Source: Octopus vulgaris
Lineage: Eukaryota
Direction of reading: 5' to 3'
Length of the DNA: 64,000 bases
NCBI GenBank assembly: GCA_951406725.2
Contig: OX597817.1
Coordinates: 138,570,001-138,634,000 of the forward strand
Position 1 is the stretch's first letter, and each line of letters starts with the position of its first letter. Made by a program: the position numbers and the translations under genes. The notes beneath the pieces are model-generated. The model saw only the letters and a program-made list of their open reading frames with translations. It ran no database searches and was not told the origin of the DNA. Shown here piece after piece: positions 40,383 to 53,928 of the stretch.

Positions 40383-40777
40383 TTCTTTTATTCTTTTATT
40401 CTTTTATTCTTTTATTTGTTTCAAGTATTTGACTGTGGCCATGCTGAAGCACCGCCTTTAGTCGAGTAAATCGACCCCAGGACTTATTCTTTGTAAGCCT
40501 AGTACTTATTCTCTCGGTTTCTTTTGCCGAACCGCTAAGTTACGGGGACGTAAACACACCAGCATCGGTTGTCAAGTTGCGCGACTAACAGACAAATACA
40601 GACACACAAGCTTATATATATACATATATACACCACGGGCTTCTTTCAGTTTCCGTCTACCAAATGCACTCACAAGGCTTTGGTCGGTCCGAGGCTATAG
40701 TAGAAAACACTTGCCCAAGGTGCCACGTCGTGGGACTGAACCCGGAACCATGTGGTTGGTAAACCACTTCTGCGCCT
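40383..40777 (-). mobile_element. SINE family B
   Basis: Reverse complement of family B with a (TTTTATTC)n tail. Confidence 0.9.
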
Positions 40778-40837
40778 ATATAAAATATATATAATATATA
40801 TAATATATATACATACATATATATGTGCGTACATATA

Positions 40838-40920
<83 letters not shown>

Positions 40921-42342
40921 TTTATAAACATGTTTATGTACATCTACATATGTGTATGTGTAGTATTTCCTGTTATTATAGAAGGTACTTTCCCTGCTGA
41001 AATGTTGGAGATCCTGATCAAATTATTCCAAACTAATCCACCACAAAACACCTAGGGTGACATGATTGCCTATGAACATAACGAAGGCCCTCGTTAGATT
41101 TATGGCACGGATGATCTTGTCCTGGCTCTGGATCTAATGTATTGTCGTGAAGTTAACCCCTTTTTCTGCACTTCTTAAAAGATTAGGAGGGGTTCTCGCT
41201 CAGGAAAGAAGCAGCGTGAAAACGTTTTCCATGCGTCTCCAGCCCAGACTAGAACATCCAGAGGTAGTCCGAAGAGCGTCATCCCAATAGAGTCCGCGCT
41301 TCGACTCCAGGTTCGGAAAACCTTCTCTGAAATGGTAGAGTTATATGTATCACTATATGTGTATGTGTGTACGTATATAGAGAGAGAAAGAGAGGGAGAG
41401 AGAGAGGGGGGGAGACAGCGAGGAAATGAAGAAATATAACAGAAAAAGAGAAGTGGAGTGAAAAGACAGCGGAAAGAAATAGTAGGAAGATATATAAATA
41501 GAAAGAATGAAAGAAAGAAAGGAAGGAAGGAAGGAAGAAAGGAAGGAAAGAAGGTATGAATGGAATGAATGAAGGAAGGAAGGAAGAAAGGAAGAAACAA
41601 TATTAAATAAAGAAAAGACGGTTTAAAAGAAGGCAGGAAGAAAAGATTTAAAAAAAAAACGGATTAGCAATGAGTATACAACAACAACGGCAACAACATT
41701 GAAATGTGGTTTGTTGTTGTTTCCGCTATATTTCGCTATATTCCTTATATTTGCCCCAATAATGTTTGTCGTCCCATTTTGCGTTGAAACAGCAATTATT
41801 GACAACTAATTTCAGTTGACTTTAGTTGCGGGGCAGTTTCCATTCTTCCCTCTGTTGCCGAATGGCGTAATTGGCGAATTGCTCCACCCATCGGATCCGC
41901 CTCACAACTCCACATTCTCGCAACAGCCAAAGCTGCTTTCGAAAACTTTCACACACACACACACACACACACATTTACTCTCCCACTTCCTCTTCCTCTA
42001 CCTCTCTCTCTCTCTCACTCTCTTTCTCTGTATGCCTTCCCCTCCTACCTCTCTCATGTATACCTTCTCCTCCCTTTCCTTCTTCTCAGCTCACACACTT
42101 CAAGCTGACGTCTTTCCTATTACAAACTCGACTCGAAACCGCATCCATTTACCTCTCCCTTTCCTTTCTCCTGCTCTCCATTCACTAGGACAAATATGTA
42201 GACACACACACACGCACGCACACACACACACACACATGTGTGTATGTTTATGGACATACATACACACATACACACGCATACGTACATATATTTATTTGTG
42301 TATTTGCGTATGTGATTGTAATGTGCATCTATGCTCATATGT

Positions 42343-42489
<147 letters not shown>

Positions 42490-42542
42490 TCTATGTAGGT
42501 ATAAGCGCATGTATGTTTGTATTATGTTTGTGTATATGTATT

Positions 42543-42774
42543 TAGGCGGCGAGCTGGCAGAAACGTTAGCGCGCCGGGCGAAATGCGTAGCGGTATTTCA
42601 TCTATCGTTACCTTCTGAGTTCAAATTCCGCCGAGGTCGACTTTGCCTTTCATCCTTTCGGGGTCGATAAATAAAGTACCAGTTTCGCACTGGGGTCGAT
42701 GTAATCGACTTAATCCGTTCATCTGTCCTTGTTTGTCCTCTCTGTGTTTAGCCCCTTGTGGGTAGTAAAGAAAT
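42543..42774 (+). mobile_element. SINE family A monomer
   Basis: Close match to the first unit at 10968. Confidence 0.9.
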
Positions 42775-43089
42775 ATATATGTATTTATGCATATATGTAT
42801 TTCGGCATGCACATGTGTATGTATTGTTGTTGTTGTTGTTGTTATCCCGGTGGCACATTGATTTCCTCCACCCGGGGAAATAGCAGTGGAGCGCACGGTC
42901 GCTTTTCAGGCCTCGACCGATCCAGCATGCTAACTTTTGTGTGTCTATTATGGTATTTCAGTGGGCCTTAGAAATACTTGGTGGTACCCATTTCCTTTCC
43001 AAGCGTGCAGTCGTTCACAAAGCTTAGCCTGCCAACAGAAGCAGTTACCAGAATGTGGCTGAGTATGGTCTTAGTGAGGGTTTGGTAGG

Positions 43090-43665
43090 AACTAGCATAC
43101 CCGTCCATCCTTAAGGATGCTGTTGCTGAAAACTAAGATATTAAATTTACCCGAACACAAAAACGTCAGAGAATTATTCAGGACAACAGTGGATGTTCGA
43201 CAAGGACGTCTCCTCGCTTCAGGAACACTCAGGTTTGCTTCTGTTGTCATGACGAAGCTGAACATCATTTGCAAAAGCAATCCCAGTAGTTTTCCAACAA
43301 GTCCCAAAGTGTACAAGTCCCTGGTGACTTCGACCCTTCTGTATGGGTGTGAGAGCTGGACTTTTAGCGCTGACATGGAGCGAAGTATCCAGGCATTTTA
43401 GCGCAAGTGCTTCAGAGCACAAAACGAACAGTTTTGCCAGGTAGCAAGTCAACAAATACACTGGCTGGGAGGAAATCATACCTTGTGCTGGTACAAAAGA
43501 TAAAAGCTTGCCTGGTACGGCCATGCATCCCGTCACGCCTTGCTGTTCAAAACCTTTCTTCAGGGCCCAGTTGAGGGAAAGTAAAAGAGAAGTAGACAGA
43601 GAAAAGCCTGGTTTGTCAGCATCAGCGACTGGACTGGTTACTATATAACGAATCTGCTACGACAG
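43090..43665 (+). pseudogene. Degenerate RTE-clade LINE fragment
   Basis: FRTTVDVRQG...KVYKSLVTSTLLYGCESWTFSADMERSIQAF...LAWYGHASRH. Confidence 0.75.
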
Positions 43666-43667
43666 AA

Positions 43668-43870
43668 CACTGCTGGATATGCAATCTAGCATCATGGCCG
43701 GTGCAGGTCCATCAGGGTCCTCACCCTCTGCTGACCCTGATGGAACTGCACCGGCCATGATGCTGGGGTGCATATTCAACAGTGTGCAGTCGCTGCAGTC
43801 GAAACACGTGTAGGTCCAATAAAGAATGCTGTAAATAACTGTTAAATAAAATTATAGATGCGAAACATCA
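43668..43870 (+). mobile_element. Hammerhead element with a 5' inverted arm, same family as 11843
   Basis: GACC-CTGATGG-AACTGCA...TGCAGTC-GAAAC-ACGT-GTA-GGTC (43733-43816). 43668-43719 is the inverted copy of 43733-43784. Confidence 0.8.
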
Positions 43871-43900
43871 CCGCGTCCTTATCGTTATTAATGCTATTAC

Positions 43901-44282
43901 TAAGGCGGCGAGTTGGCGGACTCGTTAGCACGCTGGACGAAATGATTAGCGGTATTTCATCTGTTTTTACGTTCTGAGTTCAAATTCAGCCGAGGACGAC
44001 TTTGCCTTTCATCCTTTCGGGGTCGATTAAATAAGTACCAGTTACGCACTGGGGTCGATATAATCGACTTAATCTGTTTGCCTGTCCTTGTTTGTTCTCT
44101 CTGTGTTTAGCCACTTGTGAGTAGTAAAGAAATAGGTATTTTGCCCATCGCTACGTTCTGAGTTCAAATTCCGCCGAGGTCGACTTTGCCTTTCATCCTT
44201 TCGGGGTCGATAAATTAAGTACCAGTGAAACACTGGGGTCCCCTCCCGCCAAATTTGAAGCCCTGTGTCTCCAGTAGAAATG
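43901..44282 (+). mobile_element. SINE family A with two tandem units
   Basis: Same architecture as 10968-11550 with one unit fewer. Confidence 0.9.
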
Positions 44283-44535
44283 ATTACTAATACTATTACT
44301 TACTCTACGGAACATATGCAGTCCTGAACTGGATAATCAGAGCTATCCAGCGAGGTAAGTTATCAAAGCCTAGCAACGTATGGTTAGCTCGGGTACCACG
44401 TAAGGATCGTTGTGGTCAGCCGGCATCTGAAACCGAATTAAGAGGAAACATGATTACTGCCAGAATAATATATCTCTTTATACAGATTGAAATACATACG
44501 CACACACATACACTCACACGCATACGTATATGTAT

Positions 44536-44584
<49 letters not shown>

Positions 44585-44714
44585 TGGCTGAGAGTGTCCG
44601 CAATTGCTTTTCTCGGCAGCAATTTTTGTGTTGTTCTTGAAGATGATAAGGATGAGGATTGAACAAGACAACGACGACGACGACGACGTCGTCAATGATG
44701 ATGATGATGATAAT

Positions 44715-44870
44715 TCTTTCTACTATAGGTATAAGTCGGTTACATCGACCCCTGGTGCTTGACTGGTACTTAATTTATCGAACCCGAAAGGATGATAAGC
44801 AAAGTCGACGTCAGCGGAATTTGAGATCAAAACCTAAAGACGGACGAAATGCTGCTAAGCATTTTGCTGC
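44715..44870 (-). mobile_element. SINE family A, degenerate
   Basis: TGGTACTTAATTTATCGAACCCGAAAGGATGA..GCAAAGTCGAC. Confidence 0.75.
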
Positions 44871-44929
44871 ACCCCCACCCTTACTATATTACCTTTAACA
44901 ATCCACCCACCAGAACTCGGGTGTAATTA

Positions 44930-45800
44930 CGAACCTAGGAAAAAGTGTCTTTCAAATGGAATCTGTGTCCAAACAAATATGGTATTTGAGTGTGTGGTAG
45001 CTCCCAGCTTCACTCCAAGATATTATATTGGAGCCACCACCAATTGATGACGCTAGGGATTTCACCCCATAGACATCCTTTTCGTCATATGACCCAAAAT
45101 CTAATACCTCCTTAGCTGAATATATTCTTGAGCTCAATCCCAAGGCATTCACTACGAAATTAGGCAAAGCCCAGCCCGAGAACGATAATGAGAGATTTTG
45201 CGAACCCTGCCTCTGCAAGACCTTCAAAATTCTATTTGCCGATAGAGAAAAAAGCCTGCTTTGTAAGCGTAACGAATATTTGTAAGTTGGGGCGAGTATT
45301 TTCCTTAGTTTTGGGTTTGTGATAGTATCAGAGTCAGCTGCACCGGGAACTTATCCTCGACAGTGAAAGGGTTGGTTTTAGCTGCCATTTCAATGTGACC
45401 TGTGGTACAAAATTTGAAAATTTGGGGTTTAATTTTCCCGTGTTGGCCCACGAGGGATGTGGATTTAAGATTATGAGGACTTTAATTTGTAGCTGTTAAA
45501 TGCAGCTAAGATAGCTTCTAGATTCGGGTTCGTGCAGTAGGATAATTTAAAGAGTTTTCTGTTAATGATTTCATCGTACTTATGATGAGGTGAGCGGGGT
45601 GAAATTTTATTTTTTTATAGATTATAAAAAAAGCTGGAAATATTGGTTTTAGCGTTATTAGTGAAGGGAAAAGTATACCAAGATATCTGGCGTTTCTTGG
45701 GCTTGCAAGTGTTTGTATGTCTATAAGTGGCGCCAGGCTTTGATATTATTGAGGGGAACTCGGCATTCTGCCGTTCACCAATATCTCCTCGTTTACCTTT
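44930..45800 (-). pseudogene. Penelope-like element ORF relic (RT-endonuclease linker and GIY-YIG region)
   Basis: KRQISWYTFPFTNNAKTNISSFFYNL...NSLKLSYCTNPNL resembles the PLE motif RxIIWFNPPFSxNVKTNIG...KLSYSCMPN. Downstream AGSYH..HICL fits the C-terminus. Heavily decayed. Confidence 0.68.
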
Positions 45801-45839
45801 CCTATAATTCGATCTTAGGCTGTTGTTGCTATATATGTA

Positions 45840-46045
45840 TTTTTTCCTTGTTTTAATCATTAGATTGCGACCATGCTGGGGCACCGCCTTGGAATATTTT
45901 TTCTAGTCGAATGAATCAACCCCACTACTTATTCTCTTGTTAAGCCTGGTACTTACCGTTCCCTATTGCCGAACCATTAAGTTACGGGCACGTAAACACA
46001 CCAAATGGTGATGGGGGACAAACAGAGAGAGAGACACACACACAC

Positions 46046-46103
<58 letters not shown>

Positions 46104-46256
46104 CACGCTTCTTTCAGTTTCCGTCAGCCAAATCCACTCACAAGGCTTTGGTCGCCTTGAGGCTGTAGTTGTAGACACTTACCCAAGGTGCCACGCATTG
46201 GGACTGAACCCGAAACCATGAGGTTGGGCAGCAAGTTTCTTACTACACAGTCACGC
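45840..46256 (-). mobile_element. SINE family B
   Basis: Reverse complement of the head, B-box and CCAGCATGG tail. Confidence 0.85.
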
Positions 46257-46967
46257 TTGTACCTATACGTATACACATACACAGGCAAACACATAAACAC
46301 ATATATACTCACCTCACACATATACACGCACACTTACCTGCATTACATGCATATATGTATGTATGCACACACACACAAACACACATACATATATACATGC
46401 ATACACACACTCATATATATATATGTGTGTGCGTGTGTGTGTATGAATAGTTTACGAAGCAGATCAAGAGATAAGCAACTAGATAGAAAGGTAGGTATGT
46501 AGGTGGGGTGTTTACGTGGGGTTTAATTGTTTGAGCTGAGGCAATAGGTAAGAGGGGAGGTAGAGGATGCAGTGGGACGATTAATGGTTAAACAATAAGG
46601 ACAGAAAGTCGAGGAAATAAAGAAGCTTGGAAAGAAACTAAAATCGGAAAGACAAAAAAACATATGTGGTTTTTAAAAGAGCAAAATATTTTATTTCTTT
46701 TTGCATAGAATGTCTTAGAAGAAAGGAAGAGATAAAAATGGGGGAAAGAAACAAATAGAAATTGTAATATTGATTTTTAATCGAGGCATATGGCTAGAAA
46801 TGGATAAAGGGAGCGGGGCAGGGTCGAGTGTATTGAAATCAATGCTTCAATGCTACTGTATTATGTTGACCTCGGTAGAGATGAACTTAAAATTAAGCCT
46901 GCATGGGGTTTGAACTCGTATCTTCGATGGATGCTAACGAATGCTCTCAGTCTACGGTCTGTGGCAT

Positions 46968-47042
<75 letters not shown>

Positions 47043-47049
47043 TATATAT

Positions 47050-47330
47050 ATATAACTGAGAATGTGTGTGTGTCTGTCTGTCTATCTGTTTCCTAAAACT
47101 TGAGAACTATACAACCAATTTCATTCAAATTTTACACATGCCTTACTTAAGGTCCGGGGAGTATCATCGGCAAAAAAAAGCTTTTTCCCTAGGGCAACCC
47201 CACAGCAATATCATAACTTCTCCACTATTTCAGTATTACGTGTTAAAGTGAAACAAAAACATCTCTCTATTGTAATGCAGACATTCACTTTAATACTGAA
47301 ACTATTAAAGTGAAAGTATTATATAACAGG
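47050..47330 (+). mobile_element. Possible Helitron-like 5' portion
   Basis: TATATAA..(GT)n(CTGT)n..ACCAATTTCATTCAAATTTT layout, similar to 56227. Confidence 0.4.
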
Positions 47331-47449
47331 GATGAACCATTAACAGTGGTCATCCATTTTGCTAGAAGAAGATCCGCTATAGTCTTATATGCTACACCAC
47401 TATTTTTCAATTCATATTAATCAAATTAATATTCAATTTTCACCCTTAT

Positions 47450-47490
<41 letters not shown>

Positions 47491-47939
47491 TAGCGATTCA
47501 TATAAAATTGCATCAATGACTTGAACTTGAATAAGTGGTTTCACATAAATGGGGATAAATTAAAAAGGTTTGTTGTTATTATTAATTACTGTTTGACTAT
47601 TGTAATCACATTTGTTGGTTCCTCGTCAGGGAAACGTTGTTGTGTTGCATTTGTTAAATAATTGTAAACCGTAACCCTCCCCCTTTCGGAGAAGGGGCTT
47701 TGGTTATTGTTTAAAAATTGAATTGTGTCCCTGTTTGGGGAAATTGACAATATTTTCACCGTCTTTACGAAAGCATTTTTGTTAAAATGCCTTCGATAGA
47801 AGAAAGTCCAAAAATGAATTTCGCTGCAGCCGTGTACACCTCTATACAAGAGGGAGGACAAGATCCAATTGATCGAAATTGCAAGAGACTGGCCTACAAT
47901 TCCAGTCTGTTATATATTTTGAGTATTGTTATCACAAAC

Positions 47940-48150
47940 GATATCAAGATATAACTTGGACACCACCTGTACTTGCTTGCAATGATTCATTCTTGAGAGT
48001 ATGAGACCATCGGCCCATTTGACGTTGGGGAAGTTGAAATCACCCATAAGAAATATGGTCACGTGGTGTTCAGGAGTCATGAGGATTTCTTTAATTCTTG
48101 TGAGGCAATCTTCAAACTTGCCTATGTGATTTTGAGCATCCGGTGGGCAA
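47940..48150 (-). pseudogene. APE-type endonuclease fragment of a LINE
   Basis: PPDA...TIFLMGDFNFPNVKW, the GDFN motif of CR1/L2-like LINEs. Confidence 0.75.
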
Positions 48151-48182
<32 letters not shown>

Positions 48183-48461
48183 TACACACACACATACACA
48201 CACATACATACACAAATATACATACATACACACACATACACACATACATACACACACATACATACATACACATACATACATACACATACATACATACACA
48301 TACATACACATACATACATACACATACATACACACATACATACACACACACACACACACACATACACACACATACATACACACACATACATACACACATA
48401 CATACATACACACACATACATACACACACATACATACATACACACATACATACATACACAC

Positions 48462-48554
<93 letters not shown>

Positions 48555-48579
48555 GAAGAGAGAGAGAGAGAGAGAGAGA

Positions 48580-48759
48580 GAGTTTACGAAAAACCAAAAG
48601 ACGAAGACATGTGGTGTACAAAACAAACAGATGTATTAGTATAACGCTCAGGAATAGAAAAAGTATTTTACGTTTCGAACCTACGCTCTTCTACAGAAAG
48701 GGACACAGAAAAAGCAAGGAGAGAAAAAAATGTGTGTAGTGGCTAACAATCTATCATGG

Positions 48760-48762
<3 letters not shown>
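48580..48762 (-). mobile_element. Hammerhead-like repeat, GAGC-N4-GCTC family, copy 4
   Basis: Minus strand CTTT-CTGTAGA-AGAGC GTAG GTTC-GAAACGTA (48665-48700). Flanks align with 30390-30562. Confidence 0.65.
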
Positions 48763-48814
<52 letters not shown>

Positions 48815-48944
48815 CAAATAAATGTATATACATATAAATACATGTATATATACTGATGTATATATAAACATGTATGTTTAGATGTATATATAGATGTACA
48901 AGTAATATGTACACACATATACATCCATACACTCATACCGATAG

Positions 48945-48991
<47 letters not shown>

Positions 48992-49618
48992 TGGCAACAA
49001 ACTTCGTTCCAAAACACTTGGTCCTTAGTTCAGTCCCACTTTGTGTTAAATTGGCATGCGTCTTCTGCTATAGCGTCGGGTCGGGAGAATTTCCATTATA
49101 TATTGAGAGAATTTGAGTTAGAAATAGAGAACTATAAATAGTGTATTATGCATAAAGTGGTAGCTTACATTCGGGGCTTCCAATTTCTCTGTAAAATATA
49201 AGATAGTCGCAAAATCATCGCGCATGTCACCATCGATTACAAACACCGGTGGAGGATAAAAGTTCCAGAGGACATTCTTGTTCTTTAGTTTGTACAGGGA
49301 TTGTATTATGTTTCGGCTTAAAATAAATTATAGATACAAATATAAAGTATAGAAATATATAAAAACCAGAATAGAAAATAAACGTCTTAGGCTTATAAAA
49401 TGAGATAATATGAGATATGAAGGTGTTATAAACTTGAAACCTACTAGAATATCATAGATTACATATATCAAGTCATCCAATCAGTTCTGTCCAATTTTAG
49501 TTTTTTTTTAGATTTGAATGAAATTTAATAGTATTTTCGAATGTCTAATTAAATTAAAAATTATTTTTATGCATTTGTGTACGTTTAAACTAATTCAATA
49601 TTGTTTTCCTAAATAATA

Positions 49619-50939
49619 GAGGGTGTCCACAAAGTCTGCGTACGTGGGGATTAACACATGCTTTTAAAACATACATCTGCTCTTCTCTCCATTCTCGCAA
49701 ATTTTATTTAATTATAATGTTAATAAATAATATTTTCAAAGTGATTTACATCATTTTTCAATGCATAACTTGATGCGCCTTGCAAAATTCAGGTGAACTT
49801 GATTAAATAAGTCTACATTGCCATCAATTTCAGCACACTGACTGGTAATGCGTTCTCTCATGTGTTTTAAATCTGTAATCTTTATTGTAATCTTTCTCTT
49901 TCAACATACCCCAGAAAAAGAAATCAAGGGAGAAAGGTCTGGTGAACGAGGGGACCTTTCCATATGAGCCCTTCTTCCAATCCAGTGAGGAAAAGTGTCA
50001 TTAAACCAATCTCTAACAGTTGTGGCAAAATGGGTAGGGGCCCCATCCTGCTGAAACCAATTCGGAAGGCCCTCACCTAGGCGCTCAATTTGAGATATTA
50101 ATTTGTCTCTCAATATGTTTACATAAGTCTCATCCGTTATATGTTCAATGAAGAAGGGTCCTAGAACATGAGCTTTCCACAAACCACACCATCACCATCA
50201 CCTTTTTGCTGCCTTGCTGCTTGGATGGATCCATCCACTGAGGATTACCTCGAGACCAGTATAGAAGATTCTGTCTGTTGACCTCACCATTTACATAAAA
50301 CGTAGCTTTGTCACTGAACAACACATAGTTTTTCGTAAAATTGATATTTTCATCCAATTTATCTGAAAACCATTCGCACGTCAACATTCGTCTATCAGGG
50401 TCGTCTTCGTTTAAGTGATGCAATATCTGTAGGTTGTATCGATGAAACTTTTCCTTAACCAGCATTTTGTGGATGGTTGGTTTTGGAACACCTAACACCG
50501 TGGATGTCCGACGAAGTGATTTCTTTGGGCTAGCAGAAACTTTAGCCATGACAGCCCCTTTCGTTTCATCTGAAGTCTTTGGTCACCCGGAACGGGGTTT
50601 ATCCAAAACAGTGCCTGTTTCTTTAAATTTCATGATCAATTTCCCGACGGCAGTAAAATAAATAGGTTACCTATAAGGGTGTCGAAGATTAAATTCTTCC
50701 GCAATTTTGCGATAAGACCACTCCTCTCGTTCACTTAATACTAACTCGATACTTTTTTCTTTAGACAGATTCATCATACGATCTGGGATTCTTTCTTCTT
50801 TAGACAGAGCTGTCATTCGATCTTCTGTATTTTTTAAATTTAATTTAAACAAAAGTAAAAAAGGAAAATTATTATTTCTTATATTTATTTGTTTCTGTTA
50901 TGATTTTATTCCATGTATCCAGACTTCATGGACACCCTA
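49619..50939 (-). mobile_element. Near full-length defective Tc1/mariner element (about DD40D, DD41D/rosa-like) with TIRs
   Basis: TIRs AGGGTGTCCACAAAGTCTG / CAGACTTCATGGACACCCT. VLFSDKATFYVNGEVNRQN...FQQDGAPTHF...WIGR...RSPDLSPL, with 40 residues to the expected third Asp. Frameshifted. Confidence 0.88.
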
Positions 50940-50959
50940 AAATTGCTTTGATTAAAACC

Positions 50960-51632
50960 CTTTCAACATGGAAGTATCCAAGGAGCATTTAAGGCACATA
51001 TAATTCTCTATGAGTACAATAAAGGTAACTCTGCAACCGATGTGACTCGAAACATACACTCAGTTTATAGGAAAGTGCTTGAATGAAAGAACTTGCAGGA
51101 GATCGTTTGCAAAATTGAAGATGAAGATCGAATAGGACGTCCAGTTGAGTTTGATGCATTACTTGAAGAAAATCCGTCATATTGAAGAATTGGCAATAAA
51201 GCTTACTTCAAACCATACAACAGTTCATCGTCATGTTCAACAACGTGGAAAAATTCCTAAACTTGGAAAATAGATGCCTCGTGTATTGTCCGGAAGCAAC
51301 CGCAAATCCCGAGTTGACATCTGCTCTTCTCTCCATTCTCGCAAACTCAGTTCACCCTTTTTCGATAGACTTGTGAGGAAAAATGGATTTTCTATCGAAA
51401 TGTTAAACGTCGTAAACAGTGGTTTGGTAAAAGGGAAAATGCTCAACCACAACCGAGAAGGGAACTTCATGGGAAAAAGGTTCTACTCTATCTGGTGCGA
51501 TTGCAAAGGCGTAATTCACTTTATATTGTTACCACCTAATGCAACATTCAATGCTCAAGTCTACTGTCAGCAATTAGAGCGTTTGAACCAAGCTTTGAAG
51601 GAAAAAAGAGCCGCTTTAGTGGGTCGAAAACA
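50960..51632 (+). pseudogene. mariner transposase fragment (N-terminal two thirds)
   Basis: EDEDRIGRPVEFD...GKIPKLGK*MPRVL (WVPHEL-like)...KWIFYRNVKRRKQW...IWCDCKGVIHFILL...YCQQLERL. Confidence 0.85.
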
Positions 51633-51892
51633 AAAACATCTCTCTATTGTATGTATATGGATGTATATATGTATATATATAGCTGCATATGTATACATGT
51701 ATATGTATAGCTGTATATGTATAGATACATTTCTATAGATATACATGTATGTGTATACATGTATTCTAGATGAATATATATATATATAGAGAGAGAGATG
51801 TACATGTAATATGTACACATATATATACACATATATGTATGCATACATATATACACCCATACACACATACACCCCCACACACATTCATAAGT

Positions 51893-52195
51893 GTAGGTGT
51901 AGCTGTGTGGTAACAAACTTGGTTCCAAAACACATGGTCCTCAGTTCAGTCCCACTGTGTGGTAACTTGGCATGTGTCTTCTGCTATAGCCTCAGACCAA
52001 CCAGTCAGTGGATTTTGTAGACAGAAACTGAAAGAAATCAATTGTATGTATATGTATGTATATATGTAAGTCTATGTGTGTGTCTTTGTGTTTCTCCCTC
52101 ACCACTGCTTCACAACTGGTGTTCGTTTATTTACATCCCCATAACTTACTGGTTTCAAAAGAAGACACTGATAGAATAAGTACCAGGCTTATCAA
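51893..52195 (+). mobile_element. SINE family B, diverged (related 5' fragment at 48987-49080)
   Basis: TGTGTGGTAAC..AGTTCAGTCCCACTG..GATAGAATAAGTACCAGGCTT. Confidence 0.8.
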
Positions 52196-52300
52196 AAGCA
52201 CTATGCAGTGTCTCATATTTTTGTTTGCCCACTCAGTTGTATCTATCAATTTATCTTTGTTTGTGTGTGTGTGTGTGAGTGTGTGTGTGTATACATGTAT

Positions 52301-52358
<58 letters not shown>

Positions 52359-52497
52359 GGGTTTCGTGAACGGGAACTAAAACAAATCAATCGTATGTAT
52401 GTATATATCAAAATATAAAAAAGCACTACGCAGTGTCTCATATTTTTGTTTGCCCACTCAGTTGTATCTATCAATTTATCTTTGTGTGCGTGTGTGT

Positions 52498-52559
<62 letters not shown>

Positions 52560-53114
52560 TGTGTCAGGTCACTTTTGAATGCTACTGATAACATGTAACC
52601 CAGGACAACCTGTTGCATGGTCGGGTCGTCGGCGACTAAACCGGCAACCCTACCAAGCTTGCTTGGTGAGGAGGGTGTTATTGGACACCCCGCGGGATGA
52701 AAAACAAAACCCGTCAAAGGGCGGAGGAACCCTTGAGAGTCAACGGCCATCCAATAAATGTCTTAAGGTTGTATCATGCGCGAGGACATAGAAATAATCG
52801 GACTGAATACCCGATCCCGCGGTTAAACCATTGGGAGTGAAGGACTCCTATCCTTTATTAGGGCATCCTTCTAGGAGAAGGTAACTCAAGTAACTGGAAT
52901 AACTCCGACATAAAACCTGCGGCTCAGTGGTTACCGATGATGTTGACTTGTTCTTCTTTTCGGATTATGGCTGCTGTTGCTTAGTGAGTGGGATTGACTC
53001 AGTGCACAGCCTTTCCTCACTTTAAAAAAAATCTTCTTGCACAGGCATTGCACGATAACAACATTGATTAAGCTTTGTGCAATGGCCATACTCGATAACG
53101 AGGGGGCATCCACC
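52560..53114 (+). mobile_element. Non-coding RTE-derived short element (5' UTR-like body and RTE-like tail)
   Basis: GC-richer 555-bp block between (TA)n tracts, with a second copy at 31.6 kb. Its end CATACTCGATAACGAGGGGGCATCCACCA resembles the RTE and family C SINE tails. Confidence 0.55.
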
Positions 53115-53196
53115 ATATATATATATGGATTTCGAGGACAGGAACTGAAACAAATCAATCGTATATATATGTATGTACATATGTAAGTGTATGTGT

Positions 53197-53928
53197 TTTG
53201 GTATTGGCAACATGAATGACAATTGCCAGAGACTACTTGAAGTTTGCACATACCATAACCTGTGCATCACTAACATTCTTTGCCAACAAGACATCCCACA
53301 AGGCATCCAAAATCTCACCACTGGCATCAGCTGGATTTCATCATTACATGAAGATCCTTTCTGAATTCTGTTCAACTGACCCGTAGTTACCACAGCGCGG
53401 ATTGTGACACAGATCATTCACTAATAAGAAGCAGGATGAGGATTCTCACAAAGACGTATGAGATGGCTTCGACATGTTAGCCGTATGGAAGATGGCAGAA
53501 TCCCCAAGGACATACTCAACGGAGAGCTTGCTAAGGGCACTAGGTCTGTGGGAAGACCGTTCTTACGATACAAGAATGTTTGCAAAAGGGAAATGAATGC
53601 CTGCAACATCAATATTACCAACTGGGAAGCAGTTACCAGCAACCGTGGAGATAGGCGATGTACCGTAAAAGAGGGACCAAAAGGAGTGACATAGAGGGAG
53701 AGGAGAAATGGAAAGACAAGAAAAGACGTCAACAAGAAAGTATGACATTACAACCAGCCAGGCAAAGTCTTCGCTACATTTGCGGCACCTGCCAAATGGA
53801 GTGTTTGTCGAGGATAGGACTACACAGCCACAGCAGGAGATGTATTAGGACATGAAATGTAAAAGCCGGACTAGATTATTTTATGCGCAACTCCATTGTC
53901 TCCCGAGACAAAATGAATGCCAACAACA
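53197..53928 (+). mobile_element. Internally deleted RTE (BovB-like) LINE, same family as 14.7 kb
   Basis: Endonuclease FGIGNMNDNCQRLLEVC...HWHQLDFII...SADCDTDHSLI is joined directly to a 3' end nearly identical to 15395-15876. Confidence 0.9.

Noticed and set aside
47530-47640. Minus-strand CTGACGAGG hammerhead 5' half
   Set aside because: No matching stem II-GAAA partner found.
49296-49485. Possible hammerhead with a very long stem II (GATTG/CAATC around GATGA...CGAAAC)
   Set aside because: The core is incomplete and the AT-rich pairing could be chance.
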